Shown here piece after piece: positions 8,611 to 17,199 of a DNA stretch of 64,000 nucleotides (the first letter of the stretch is position 1; each line of letters opens with the position of its first letter). This stretch comes from Bacteroidales bacterium. GTDB lineage: Bacteria; Bacteroidota; Bacteroidia; Bacteroidales; UBA1402. Under the pieces are notes generated by a model that saw only the letters and a list, made by a program, of their open reading frames with translations, was not told the DNA's origin and did not search any database. Location: the NCBI GenBank assembly GCA_028694375.1, contig JAQUTN010000002.1:139-64138 (forward strand). Reading direction: 5' to 3'. The position numbers were made by a program, and so were the translations under genes.

Positions 8611-10452
8611 TTATTCAACGGTGACCGATTTAGCCAGATTACGAGGTTGGTCCACGTTACGACCCTTGTTGATGGCTATGTGATAAGCAAAAAGCTGAAG
8701 GGGTATGCAGGCAACTACCGGAGAAAGACATTCGTCTACATCAGGTATCTCAAGACTAAAATCAGCCATGGAAGACACTATTTTGTCTCCTTTGGTTACC
8801 AGGGCTATCACTTTACCTCCTCTTGCCTTGATTTCCTGGATGTTACTAACGGTTTTTTCGTAAATACTATCGGTAGTGGCTATTACGAAAGTGGGCATTT
8901 CGTTGTCTATTAGAGCAATTGGCCCGTGTTTCATTTCTGCTGCAGGATAGCCTTCAGCATGTATATAGGAAATCTCCTTGAGTTTTAAAGCACCTTCCAG
9001 AGCCAAAGGATAATTATAGCCCCTGCCCAGGTATAAAAAATTGTGGGCATAGGTAAATATTTTTGACAGATCTTTTATGCGTTCGTCCAGCATTAACACT
9101 TCTTCCATCAACTCGGGTAGTGATTTCAGGCTTTTGAGGATGCTTAGAAAACGCTCTTTGGCAATGCTCTTTTTTTCCTTGGCAATTGTCATGGCCAACA
9201 TGGTCAAAACCGTCACCTGGCCGGTGAAGGCTTTGGTGGATGCAACGCCGATTTCGGGTCCGACGTGAATGTAAGTGCCGGTATGCGTAGCTCTGGGTAT
9301 GGAAGAGCCAACCACATTACATATTCCGTATATAAAAGCTCCTTTTTCTTTGCCCAACTGTACGGCTGCCAGAGTATCGGCTGTTTCACCGGATTGGGAG
9401 ATGGCTATCATTAAGTCACCCTTGTTAATAACAGGATTACGGTAACGGAATTCGGAAGCATATTCAACTTCGACCGGAATTTTGCAAAATTCTTCAATCA
9501 AATGCTTACCGATAAGGGCTGCATGCCACGAAGTGCCGCAGGCAACAATAATGATGCGCCCGGCATTCAGTATTTTATCTTTGTGGTCAATGACGCCCGA
9601 GAGGATAACATTGGTAGCTTCCACATTGATTCTGCCTCTTATGCAATCGATGATGGTTTTGGGTTGCTCGTTGATTTCCTTAAGCATAAAATGAGGATAG
9701 CCCCCTTTTTCCAATTGAGAGATACTCATATTTAAGCTCTTAACATCGACCTTTGTTATGGTATTGTTCAGATTCACAATATTGATTTGCTCCTTTGGAC
9801 GTAGCAAAACCACCTCTTCATCGTTGAGGTAAACCACTTTGTTGGTATATTCTATAATGGGAGTGACGTCGGATGCAACAAAGTATTCTTCTTTGCCAAG
9901 GCCCACCACCAAAGGGCTGCTCTTGCGGGCAGCAACGATTTCTTCCTTATTGTTTTTGTCAATAACAGCAATGGCGTAAGCACCGATTACCTGCTTAAGC
10001 GCAGATTGCACAGCCTCAAACAAGGAACAATTGTTGGAGGTTTTTATATATTCTATCAATTGAACCAGGACTTCGGTATCGGTATCGCTCTTAAAGTTGT
10101 AACCATGCTCCTGCAGGGCTTTTTTGAGCAGGGTATAATTCTCTATTATTCCATTGTGAACCAAAGCGAGTGAGGCAGTTTCCGAGTAGTGAGGGTGAGC
10201 GTTGGCGTTGTTCGGCTCTCCATGAGTGGCCCAACGGGTATGGGCTATACCGATTTTTCCGTTTATATTTTTGGATTCGGTAAAATGTTCAAGGTCACGA
10301 ACCTTACCTTTGGTTTTGTAGACATTTATTTCGTTATCATCGATTAGAGCAATTCCGGCACTGTCGTAACCCCTGTATTCGAGACGGTGTAATCCTTTTA
10401 TCAGTATAGGGTAAGCTTCTCTGTGCCCTATATAAGCAACTATTCCACACAT
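8611..10452 (-). CDS. glmS: glutamine--fructose-6-phosphate aminotransferase
   Basis: 613 aa. MCGIVAYIG N-terminal nucleophile, two SIS domains (GTSWHA, SQSGETADT), C-terminal NLAKSVTVE. Confidence 0.95.
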   Translation of the reverse strand: MCGIVAYIGHREAYPILIKGLHRLEYRGYDSAGIALIDDNEINVYKTKGKVRDLEHFTESKNINGKIGIAHTRWATHGEPNNANAHPHYSETASLALVHNGIIENYTLLKKALQEHGYNFKSDTDTEVLVQLIEYIKTSNNCSLFEAVQSALKQVIGAYAIAVIDKNNKEEIVAARKSSPLVVGLGKEEYFVASDVTPIIEYTNKVVYLNDEEVVLLRPKEQINIVNLNNTITKVDVKSLNMSISQLEKGGYPHFMLKEINEQPKTIIDCIRGRINVEATNVILSGVIDHKDKILNAGRIIIVACGTSWHAALIGKHLIEEFCKIPVEVEYASEFRYRNPVINKGDLMIAISQSGETADTLAAVQLGKEKGAFIYGICNVVGSSIPRATHTGTYIHVGPEIGVASTKAFTGQVTVLTMLAMTIAKEKKSIAKERFLSILKSLKSLPELMEEVLMLDERIKDLSKIFTYAHNFLYLGRGYNYPLALEGALKLKEISYIHAEGYPAAEMKHGPIALIDNEMPTFVIATTDSIYEKTVSNIQEIKARGGKVIALVTKGDKIVSSMADFSLEIPDVDECLSPVVACIPLQLFAYHIAINKGRNVDQPRNLAKSVTVE

Positions 10453-10469
10453 AGAACAATATTTAGGTG

Positions 10470-10477
10470 CAAAAATA
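10470..10477 (-). promoter_or_regulatory. candidate Bacteroidota -7 box (TATTTTTG) for glmS
   Basis: The minus strand reads gattgTATTTTTGcacc, 18 nt upstream of the glmS ATG. TTTG at 10506-10503 is a possible -33 element but the spacing is long (25 nt). Confidence 0.4.
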
Positions 10478-10547
10478 CAATCTAGCAGGTTTTTTGAAGC
10501 ATCAAATTGAAAAAAAATACTCCATTTGGTTATTTTTTTTCAATTCA

Positions 10548-10603
10548 CGAGAATCGTCTATTTGAAATTAATTGTCCTGATGTACGCGTACAAGCGATTC
10601 TCG
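10548..10603. repeat. 9-bp inverted repeat (cgagaatcg / cgattctcg) enclosing a 12-bp perfect palindrome tgtacgcgtaca
   Basis: Arms at 10548-10556 and 10595-10603; palindrome at 10581-10592. This is a GC-richer island inside the AT-rich glmS upstream region. Confidence 0.6.
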
Positions 10604-11248
10604 GAGCCTGAGGGTAAAATAATAAATATAGAAAGAAAGACGGGTCTGTATCATCGGCAAAACGATAAAGCATTATTAACATTTCAACTCTGTGAGCTTG
10701 TTTTAATGAATAATGATTGCATACATTATTTATACCATCATTCAGGATTATATTTTACAGAAATATAATACAAACATTTGTCATACCAAACACACATAAG
10801 TAAAACACACAAATGTTAGCAATGATAGTTTACATTATTGTATGTTTTAGAAAAAGACATTTTAGTTCCGGAATGATCAGGGAATAAGGGCTTGAAATAT
10901 ATTAAAGTAATCACTTCAATATATTAGAATCAATATACTGGAAAACAGCAGCCCATATTCAATATTAAGATTATTTACCGAGCATAAAACCATATAATTT
11001 CTAAGTAAGTCTATAAGTTAGAAGTATAGATTTAAAATAAAGCCGCTAATTGTCTGAATATATGTATTTAAGATATTGAATTAAAATAATAGGCTCATAT
11101 ATTCTTAATATAGTTATGTAAAGACAAATATGTATACCAAATTTACATAAGAGAAATCTATAAAATCAGACTTAGTAAATGTGAATTTTTAATATTTCAT
11201 ATCTGTAAATTATATTCAATAATCCTGCTTAGTAATGACAATTATTTG

Positions 11249-11256
11249 TACATTTG
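11249..11256 (+). promoter_or_regulatory. candidate -7 box (TACATTTG) for the HTH gene
   Basis: Matches TAnnTTTG, 32 nt upstream of ATG 11288. Confidence 0.45.
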
Positions 11257-11287
11257 TGCAAACGAAAAATGCATAAATCTCCGCCTT

Positions 11288-11731
11288 ATGAAAGACAGAA
11301 TTAAGGAAATTTTAGATTCTCAGGGCTTAAATGCCACTCAATTTGCTCAAAAAGTCAGTATGAACGTCTCTGCCTTGTCTCATATTTTGAGTGGAAGGAA
11401 TAATCCTGGTTACGATGCCCTGCAAAAGATCATTGTGAATTTTCCCCAGATCAGTGTTGAGTGGTTGATGACCGGCCAGGGAGAGATGTACAAAGAAATC
11501 TTGTCCGATGAGCCGGAACAAGTCAGTTTATTTGACGAGAATCCTCTAAAAGCTGATCCAGGCCCCGGAAAAGGAGAATATCCTGCGCAAAAAGGCTTAA
11601 AAAGCCCTCAAAAGCCCATTAAGTATACAGATAATCAACAGCTTATAACTAAAGAAAAAGCAGGTGTAAAAATTCGCAAGATAGCTGTATTTTATTCTGA
11701 TAATACTTACGAGGAATTTTTTCCGCAATAA
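11288..11731 (+). CDS. XRE-family helix-turn-helix DNA-binding protein
   Basis: ORF 11246-11731 (TTG) overlaps the -7 box, so I start at ATG 11288: MKDRIKEILDSQGLNATQFAQKVSMNVSALSHILSGRNNPGYDALQKII. The C-terminal half is low-complexity. Confidence 0.75.
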   Translation: MKDRIKEILDSQGLNATQFAQKVSMNVSALSHILSGRNNPGYDALQKIIVNFPQISVEWLMTGQGEMYKEILSDEPEQVSLFDENPLKADPGPGKGEYPAQKGLKSPQKPIKYTDNQQLITKEKAGVKIRKIAVFYSDNTYEEFFPQ

Positions 11732-11799
11732 GGATCTTCTTAGCAGACTTGGGGAGTAAAGTTTTATTTTGAGATAGGCCTGAATTGAATTTTCTCCCG

Positions 11800-11807
11800 T
11801 ATATTTG
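11800..11807 (+). promoter_or_regulatory. candidate -7 box (TATATTTG) for pyrK-pyrD
   Basis: Matches TAnnTTTG, 19 nt upstream of ATG 11826. Confidence 0.4.
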
Positions 11808-11825
11808 TACATTCAACTAGAAATT

Positions 11826-12617
11826 ATGTCTTCGATCGCAAACAAACAAGTTTTAGATTTTATCTTGTACGAAAAAGAGGAATGGCCCAATTCTGCCCTG
11901 ATGAAATTCAAAACAACTGAAAGTCTGCCGGAAATATTGCCAGGACAATTTGTACAAGTTAAAGTAGAAGATTCTCCTCAAACATATTTGAGACGTCCTT
12001 TATCTGTCAATTATATAGACAGGGAAAACTCCTGTTTGTGGTTATTAGTACAAAAAGTCGGCCCGGGAACCCGAAAATTGGCAGCATTGGCACTGAATTC
12101 CAAAGTAAATATGATACTCCCTCTGGGTAATTTCTTTTCCCTGCCGGAGCCTAAAAAAGAATCAGGTTTACAAAATATAGTATTGATAGGTGGAGGTATC
12201 GGCACTGCTCCCCTGCTATTGTTAGGAAAAAGTTTGCATGAACTGGGTTACCTACCTCATTTTTTATTGGGAGGACGCTCTGCAGCCGATATTTTACAAG
12301 TGGAACAATTCCGCGTTTACGGGAAAGTATTTATCACAACCCAGGATGGAACTTTGGGTGAACAGGGCTTGGTGACAGAACACAGCATTTTGAAGGAAAT
12401 GCAGCCTGATCGAATTTATTGTTGCGGTCCCAAACCTATGATGCAAGCTGTAGCTTCCCTGGCAAAAAAGAGGAATTGCTGGTGCGAAGTCTCCCTCGAA
12501 AATTTAATGGCCTGTGGTTTTGGAGCCTGTCTCTGTTGTGTGGAAAAAACAGACAAAGGACATGTTTGTACTTGCACTGAAGGTCCTGTTTTTAATATAA
12601 ATCAACTATTATGGTAG
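11826..12617 (+). CDS. pyrK: dihydroorotate dehydrogenase electron-transfer subunit
   Basis: FAD/NAD-binding fold ([15 protein letters not shown]) and a C-terminal 2Fe-2S cysteine cluster (CGFGACLCC...C). Overlaps pyrD by 7 nt. Confidence 0.85.
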   Translation: MSSIANKQVLDFILYEKEEWPNSALMKFKTTESLPEILPGQFVQVKVEDSPQTYLRRPLSVNYIDRENSCLWLLVQKVGPGTRKLAALALNSKVNMILPLGNFFSLPEPKKESGLQNIVLIGGGIGTAPLLLLGKSLHELGYLPHFLLGGRSAADILQVEQFRVYGKVFITTQDGTLGEQGLVTEHSILKEMQPDRIYCCGPKPMMQAVASLAKKRNCWCEVSLENLMACGFGACLCCVEKTDKGHVCTCTEGPVFNINQLLW

Positions 12618-13525
12618 ATCTGTCAGTACAATTAAAAGCTCTGCGCCTGAAAAATCCTGTGATGACTGCTTCGGGTACTTTTGGTTACGGAGAAGAATAC
12701 CTGGACTTTATGGATTTATCGCGAATAGGTGGTATTATTGTAAAAGGGACTACCATTCGTTCAAGGGAAGGTAACGATTATCCTCGTATGGCCGAAACTG
12801 CTTCCGGTATGTTAAACGCTGTGGGACTGCAAAATAAGGGTGTCGATTATTTTGTAAAAAACATTTATCCCCGCATTTGTGACTTTGATACAAATGTGTT
12901 AGTCAACGTCTCCGGTTCTACGGTAGAAGACTATGTTCAGGCAGCCGAAATCATACAGGAACTGGACAAGATTCCGGGTATAGAACTCAATGTTTCCTGC
13001 CCCAATGTCAAAGCAGGGGGCATGGCCTTTGGCGTGAGTGCAAAAGCTTTGTGTCAGGTGGTCAAAGAAGTCAGGGCGGTTTATAAAAAACACCTGATGT
13101 TGAAATTATCGCCCAATGTGACTGATATCACAGAACTCGCTAAAACAGCCGAAGACCAGGGAGCCGATTCCCTGTCGCTGATAAACACGTTGTTGGGCAT
13201 GTCCATCGATGCCGAAAAACAACGCCCTAAACTCTCTACAATTACAGGTGGCTTATCCGGTCCCTGTGTTAAGCCTGTTGCGCTGAGAATGGTTTGGCAA
13301 ACTTACAAAGCAGTCAAAATTCCTGTTGTTGGTATGGGAGGTATCTCAAACACTGCAGATGCCATAGAATTTATGTTGGCCGGAGCCTCTGCCATACAGG
13401 TGGGAACAGCCAATTTTATAGACCCTGCGGTGTCTGTAACCATAGCTGAAGGCATAGAAGATTATTGTCAAAGGCATGGCTTAAAATCGGCCCAAGAACT
13501 GACCGGAGCGCTTAAAATCGATTAA
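12611..13525 (+). CDS. pyrD: dihydroorotate dehydrogenase (class 1B) catalytic subunit
   Basis: 304 aa. [26 protein letters not shown] and GGI motifs. Confidence 0.9.
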   Translation: MVDLSVQLKALRLKNPVMTASGTFGYGEEYLDFMDLSRIGGIIVKGTTIRSREGNDYPRMAETASGMLNAVGLQNKGVDYFVKNIYPRICDFDTNVLVNVSGSTVEDYVQAAEIIQELDKIPGIELNVSCPNVKAGGMAFGVSAKALCQVVKEVRAVYKKHLMLKLSPNVTDITELAKTAEDQGADSLSLINTLLGMSIDAEKQRPKLSTITGGLSGPCVKPVALRMVWQTYKAVKIPVVGMGGISNTADAIEFMLAGASAIQVGTANFIDPAVSVTIAEGIEDYCQRHGLKSAQELTGALKID

Positions 13526-13598
13526 ATACAGGCTCAATTTAAGTAAGCAGACAGGGACTTTTGTGTGTCTGGTAGGTTTGTTACCGAAATTTGAGAGA

Positions 13599-14282
13599 TC
13601 ATTCATCCAATAAATCCGGCCGTAAAAGGCGGGTTCTATCCAAAGATTGCTCCATTTCCCATTCCTGAATTTTACGCTGATTGCCCGACAATAATATATC
13701 CGGGACTTTCCATCCTTTGTAATCTGCCGGCCTGGTATAAATTGGAGGGGCCAGCAGTTTATCCTGAAAGGAATCGGAAAGGGCCGATTGTTCGTCGCCC
13801 AGAGCCCCCGGGATAAGCCTAACAACACAATCGGTCATAACGGCAGCTGCCAGCTCGCCACCGGTAAGCACATAGTCACCAATGGATATTTCTTTGCTTA
13901 TCAAATGTTCACGAATGCGGTGATCTATGCCTTTGTAATGTCCGCAAAGAATAATCAGGTTTTGTTTCAGGGAAAGTTGATTGGCCAGGCCTTGATTGAA
14001 TTTTTCTCCATCCGGCGAAGTATAAATGATTTCGTCGTAGTTACGTTGGCTGCAAAGATGAGTGATGATCCGGTCTACGGGTTCAATTTGCAGTACCATA
14101 CCCGCAGAAAAACCAAAAGCGTAATCGTCTACCCGACGATGTCTGAGATCGGTAGAATAATCGCGCAAAGAATGAATATTGATGTCAACCAGCTGTTTAT
14201 CTCTGGCTCTTTGTATAATAGAACAGTTCAGGGGGCCTTCCAGCAGTTCAGGCAAAACCGTAATAATATCAATACGTAGCAT
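13599..14282 (-). CDS. trmD: tRNA (guanine37-N1)-methyltransferase
   Basis: ORF 13599-14321, start moved to ATG 14282 ([18 protein letters not shown]). [12 protein letters not shown] motif. Confidence 0.9.
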   Translation of the reverse strand: MLRIDIITVLPELLEGPLNCSIIQRARDKQLVDINIHSLRDYSTDLRHRRVDDYAFGFSAGMVLQIEPVDRIITHLCSQRNYDEIIYTSPDGEKFNQGLANQLSLKQNLIILCGHYKGIDHRIREHLISKEISIGDYVLTGGELAAAVMTDCVVRLIPGALGDEQSALSDSFQDKLLAPPIYTRPADYKGWKVPDILLSGNQRKIQEWEMEQSLDRTRLLRPDLLDE

Positions 14283-14297
14283 AGTTTTGTTTTGGCG

Positions 14298-14305
14298 CAA
14301 AGATA
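14298..14305 (-). promoter_or_regulatory. candidate -7 box (TATCTTTG) for trmD
   Basis: The minus strand reads ttttgTATCTTTGcgcc, 16 nt upstream of ATG 14282. Confidence 0.4.
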
Positions 14306-14311
14306 CAAAAT

Positions 14312-14388
14312 TGCTCCGCATAAGCCGTACAGCATACTATTTTATATATGATCAGCCAGAAGGACCGAATGCCAGCTTATGCGGAGCA
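14312..14388. repeat. 14-bp perfect inverted repeat (tgctccgcataagc / gcttatgcggagca) with a 49-nt spacer
   Basis: Arms at 14312-14325 and 14375-14388. It lies between the stop of the riboswitch-controlled lipoprotein gene (14397) and the trmD promoter and start. Confidence 0.7.
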
Positions 14389-14396
14389 GTACAAGT

Positions 14397-15164
14397 TTAG
14401 CTGGCAGATAGCAATTCTTGTACTTTAATATAAATCAAATCGTCGATACAAACGTAGGTTGGAGTATTTATTCCATACATGCCGGTGTCGCTTGACTCAA
14501 AGTATATGCTGAGTTTGTTTAATTTGCCCAACTCTCTCAGATCCACAAATTCCCAGCGGTTCAATAATACCTTTTTATTATCTCTGAAATCAGCCAGGTA
14601 AAACGATTTTTCAGCTTTAAACTCTCCTTGAGCGTCGTAAGCTTTAAAGATAATACGCAAGAAATCACCTGCTTCAAACTTCTTTGCAAAAGCATCGCCA
14701 TCTCTCATAGACAGATAGGCATAAGTAGAATTAGTAATTTGCATGCCTTTTATTACATGTTCTTGCTCTTGTTCGAATTGAATAAAACAGGAGGAATCGG
14801 CATCGTATGCGCTATAATAAAAGAGGCCGAATTGCCGGCCTCCGGCGGCTTTGCCGGCACTGCAGCTGTACTGATTGCCGAAACCCGCTGTAACAGAATC
14901 GCAGAGGGCACTGAGTGCAAAACCGTACCAGGTTTCAGAACTGTAAGTTACACCTTCCCATTCGTATTCCGAAAGGCTATAACTGTTGTTGAAAACCAAA
15001 TTGTTAGAGACATAAGCCTGGTTGTTTTGAAATTCTTCAACCACAGGCTCTTCAAAATTAATACAGATTTCTTCTTCGTGTACATTCACTACTGGTTCAC
15101 AGGCCAACATTCCAATCAAAAGCAGGCCCAAGGTCAAAGACCTGAAAACTTTTTTTTTGTGCAT
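14397..15164 (-). CDS. DUF4465-like surface lipoprotein (candidate corrinoid-binding protein)
   Basis: 255 aa. Lipoprotein signal MHKKKVFRSLTLGLLLIGMLAC. WYGFALSA...GNQYSCSAGKAAGG...FGLFYYSAYD resembles the DUF4465 pattern as I remember it. A cobalamin riboswitch lies upstream on the same strand. Confidence 0.6.
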   Translation of the reverse strand: MHKKKVFRSLTLGLLLIGMLACEPVVNVHEEEICINFEEPVVEEFQNNQAYVSNNLVFNNSYSLSEYEWEGVTYSSETWYGFALSALCDSVTAGFGNQYSCSAGKAAGGRQFGLFYYSAYDADSSCFIQFEQEQEHVIKGMQITNSTYAYLSMRDGDAFAKKFEAGDFLRIIFKAYDAQGEFKAEKSFYLADFRDNKKVLLNRWEFVDLRELGKLNKLSIYFESSDTGMYGINTPTYVCIDDLIYIKVQELLSAS

Positions 15165-15371
15165 AATTTAAAAATTTAGGGTTCCCGCCATAATAACTTC
15201 AAGAAACGCGGAAACCCCTCATCGTTTCTGGAAGCCGAGATGTTTGATTGTGTTTGCCCTACATGCACAATGTTTTCAAAAACACGATGACACCGCGTGC
15301 TGATCGAGTGTTAAGAAGAAAAAGGGATCCTTGGGGAAATCTTTTTCAGCTCTTGCTCCCGAAAGCTTTGA

Positions 15372-15545
15372 AAATAGCAACCGGCAGGTTTTCTGACTTG
15401 ATTCACTTTGTCACCTTCCCATCTTTTACAGACAGTGGTTTGAAAAAACAAAGCCTTGAAAGAATCTTACAGCAGCGGGCACTGTTCCGGATTTGCACCG
15501 GATTCCCTTTTATGTCGGTTCCGAAAGAACAGACATCACCAGTCG
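15372..15545 (-). promoter_or_regulatory. cobalamin (B12) riboswitch aptamer
   Basis: Minus strand: AAAAGGGAAUCCGGUGCAAAUCCGGAACAGU (15511-15481), GCCCGCUGCUGUAAG (15480-15466), ACCACUGUC (15439-15431), GGGAAGGUGAC (15420-15410), and B12-box-like AGUCAGAAAACCUGCCGG (15398-15381). These are the conserved cobalamin-riboswitch blocks in the right order. Confidence 0.9.
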
Positions 15546-15549
15546 GCTG

Positions 15550-15557
15550 CAAAGTTA
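15550..15557 (-). promoter_or_regulatory. candidate -7 box (TAACTTTG) driving the cobalamin riboswitch transcript
   Basis: The minus strand reads gatTAACTTTGcagccgactggtgatg, so the aptamer begins a few nt downstream. Confidence 0.5.
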
Positions 15558-15614
15558 ATCATCTTTGTAAAATGAAGAAAAAAAAACGTTTTTTTTTAAT
15601 AGCTTTATTTTGCT

Positions 15615-15622
15615 TACATTTG
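15615..15622 (+). promoter_or_regulatory. candidate -7 box (TACATTTG) for the DUF3078 gene
   Basis: gctTACATTTGcagcc, 49 nt upstream of ATG 15671. It forms a 9-bp inverted repeat (ggctgcaaa 15545-15553 / tttgcagcc 15619-15627) with the divergent promoter. Confidence 0.5.
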
Positions 15623-15670
15623 CAGCCTTTTTAAAGGCATAATTATTCACTTATTAATCAAAACTGCTTT

Positions 15671-16543
15671 ATGAAAATTAAATTACTTTTTATAGCAAGC
15701 TTGTTCTCAATAGCTTTGTTAGCACAGGAAAATGCCGAAGAGGTCAAAGGACCTTGGACGTATCAGGGTATCACCGGCTTGAATTTTTCCCAGACTTCTT
15801 TTACGAATTGGAGTGAAGGTGGTGAAAATTCAGTGGCCGGCAACGTGTATTTGAACGCCTCTTTGAATTACGTCAAGGATAAAGTATCGTGGACCAACGA
15901 CTTAAGTACTAATTTTGGTATGTACTATACTACTGAAAACAATTGGAGAAAGAATATTGACAATATTAATTTCGCTTCCAAGTATGGCCGTAGTATAACT
16001 AAGGTTTTTTATTATGCCGCCCTGCTTGATTTTAAAACCCAGTTTGCCAATGGCTATAATTACGCTGTCAGTACTACCGACAGGGTTTCCGGATTCATGA
16101 CTCCTGCTTATCTGAATCTTTCGGTGGGTATAGATTATAAACCAAATGAACATTTTAGCGCATACTATTCTCCCGTGACTGGTAAAATGACTTTTGTGTC
16201 GGACACTACTTTTTCAACTAATTATGGCCTGCAGGCCGGTAATAAAAATCGCGCAGAGTTGGGCAGTAGCTTTAGGGCATCAGCCAATTACGATGTGTTC
16301 AAAATTGTAAATCTCAAGTCTAACCTGGATTTGTTCACTGCATACAATCAAAGTTTCGGTAAAGTAGATGTCAACTGGGAAGTGTTGCTTAACCTCAAAG
16401 TAACAGAATTGCTTACGGTTACCTTCCAATCTACTCTGCGTTACGACGACGACATCAAATACGTGGACTCCAATGGTGATTTAGGTGATGCAAGACTTCA
16501 GTTTAAAGAAGTGCTTGGTGTAGGCTTGTCATATAAATTTTAA
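15671..16543 (+). CDS. DUF3078-like outer-membrane beta-barrel protein
   Basis: 290 aa. Signal peptide MKIKLLFIASLFSIALLAQ, GLNFSQTSFTNWSEGGENS motif, alternating beta-strand pattern, C-terminal GVGLSYKF. Confidence 0.65.
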   Translation: MKIKLLFIASLFSIALLAQENAEEVKGPWTYQGITGLNFSQTSFTNWSEGGENSVAGNVYLNASLNYVKDKVSWTNDLSTNFGMYYTTENNWRKNIDNINFASKYGRSITKVFYYAALLDFKTQFANGYNYAVSTTDRVSGFMTPAYLNLSVGIDYKPNEHFSAYYSPVTGKMTFVSDTTFSTNYGLQAGNKNRAELGSSFRASANYDVFKIVNLKSNLDLFTAYNQSFGKVDVNWEVLLNLKVTELLTVTFQSTLRYDDDIKYVDSNGDLGDARLQFKEVLGVGLSYKF

Positions 16544-16573
16544 GAATAAAAGTTGCAGTTATTTCAAATATAG

Positions 16574-16613
16574 AGAAAGAGGCTGTCTCAAAAAATCGAG
16601 ACAGCCTCTTTCT
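16574..16613. terminator. bidirectional rho-independent terminator (16-bp perfect stem)
   Basis: agaaagaggctgtctc (16574-16589), loop aaaaaatc, gagacagcctctttct (16598-16613). It sits between convergent genes. Confidence 0.85.
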
Positions 16614-16660
16614 TTATGTGCGCCTTACCCTGGGAGGTCTCACAGTGACCATGCCTGGTA

Positions 16661-17197
16661 TTAAACTACTTTGTTCATACCAGCCTGTAAGGCTTTTTCG
16701 TTCATCGGAATAAGTTTGTGATGTCTGGCTGGCAGTGTTTTTCTCAATCCTTCCAGGACGGATTCCAGTTGCACGACAGCTCGCAGCTTGAGGTAAGCTC
16801 CAAGAACTATCATGTTGAAAGCCTTACTGTTATCCATATCTGAAGCGATTTCCATAGCTTCGATGGTGTGAATTTGGATGTCTTTGCGCACCGGAGCACG
16901 GGTAATGCCGTGCGGATCGTATAAAAGTACCCCTCCCGGCTTGATTTTGGGTTCAAACTTATCCATCGATTGCTGATTGAGAATGATAGCGGTATCGAAA
17001 GAATTCAATATGGGTGAACTGATACGTTCATCGCTAATAATAACAGTAACATTGGCCGTTCCGCCTCTTTGTTCCGGGCCATAAGCAGGCATCCAGCTGA
17101 CCTCTTTGTTTTCGAGCAAGGCTGAATAAGCCAGGATTTTACCCATAGACAATACGCCTTGTCCTCCAAAGCCGGAAATAATTATTTCTTCTTTCAT
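16661..17197 (-). CDS. 2-oxoacid:ferredoxin oxidoreductase gamma subunit
   Basis: 178 aa. MKEEIIISGFGGQGVLSMGKIL and EQRGGTANVTV motifs. Confidence 0.85.
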   Translation of the reverse strand: MKEEIIISGFGGQGVLSMGKILAYSALLENKEVSWMPAYGPEQRGGTANVTVIISDERISSPILNSFDTAIILNQQSMDKFEPKIKPGGVLLYDPHGITRAPVRKDIQIHTIEAMEIASDMDNSKAFNMIVLGAYLKLRAVVQLESVLEGLRKTLPARHHKLIPMNEKALQAGMNKVV

Positions 17198-17199
17198 TT

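Noticed and set aside
10453-10700. Possible glmS ribozyme upstream of glmS
   Set aside because: Reading the minus strand, I could not find the conserved glmS-ribozyme core segments. The region is far more AT-rich than that RNA.
10526-10768. 80-aa ORF (TTG start) in the glmS upstream region
   Set aside because: Non-ATG start, no promoter box upstream, an odd composition and no recognisable family. It spans the inverted repeat, which is a more likely functional element. Its status stays open, but I do not call it.
10813-10887. 24-codon ORF MLAMIVYIIVCFRKRHFSSGMIRE in the AT-rich gap (possible type I toxin-like peptide)
   Set aside because: The hydrophobic stretch is only about 11 residues, too short for a membrane helix. 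I found no promoter box or antisense partner. ORFs of this size arise by chance in 800 bp.
10453-11287. AT-rich gap as a replication origin
   Set aside because: I saw no TTATCCACA or TGTGGATAA DnaA boxes in the gap. dnaA is not adjacent, and dnaB 9 kb away is not an origin marker.
15248-15634. 128-aa plus-strand ORF between the lipoprotein gene and the DUF3078 gene
   Set aside because: It lies exactly over the cobalamin riboswitch and its leader on the opposite strand. The riboswitch explains the conservation-like structure of this region.
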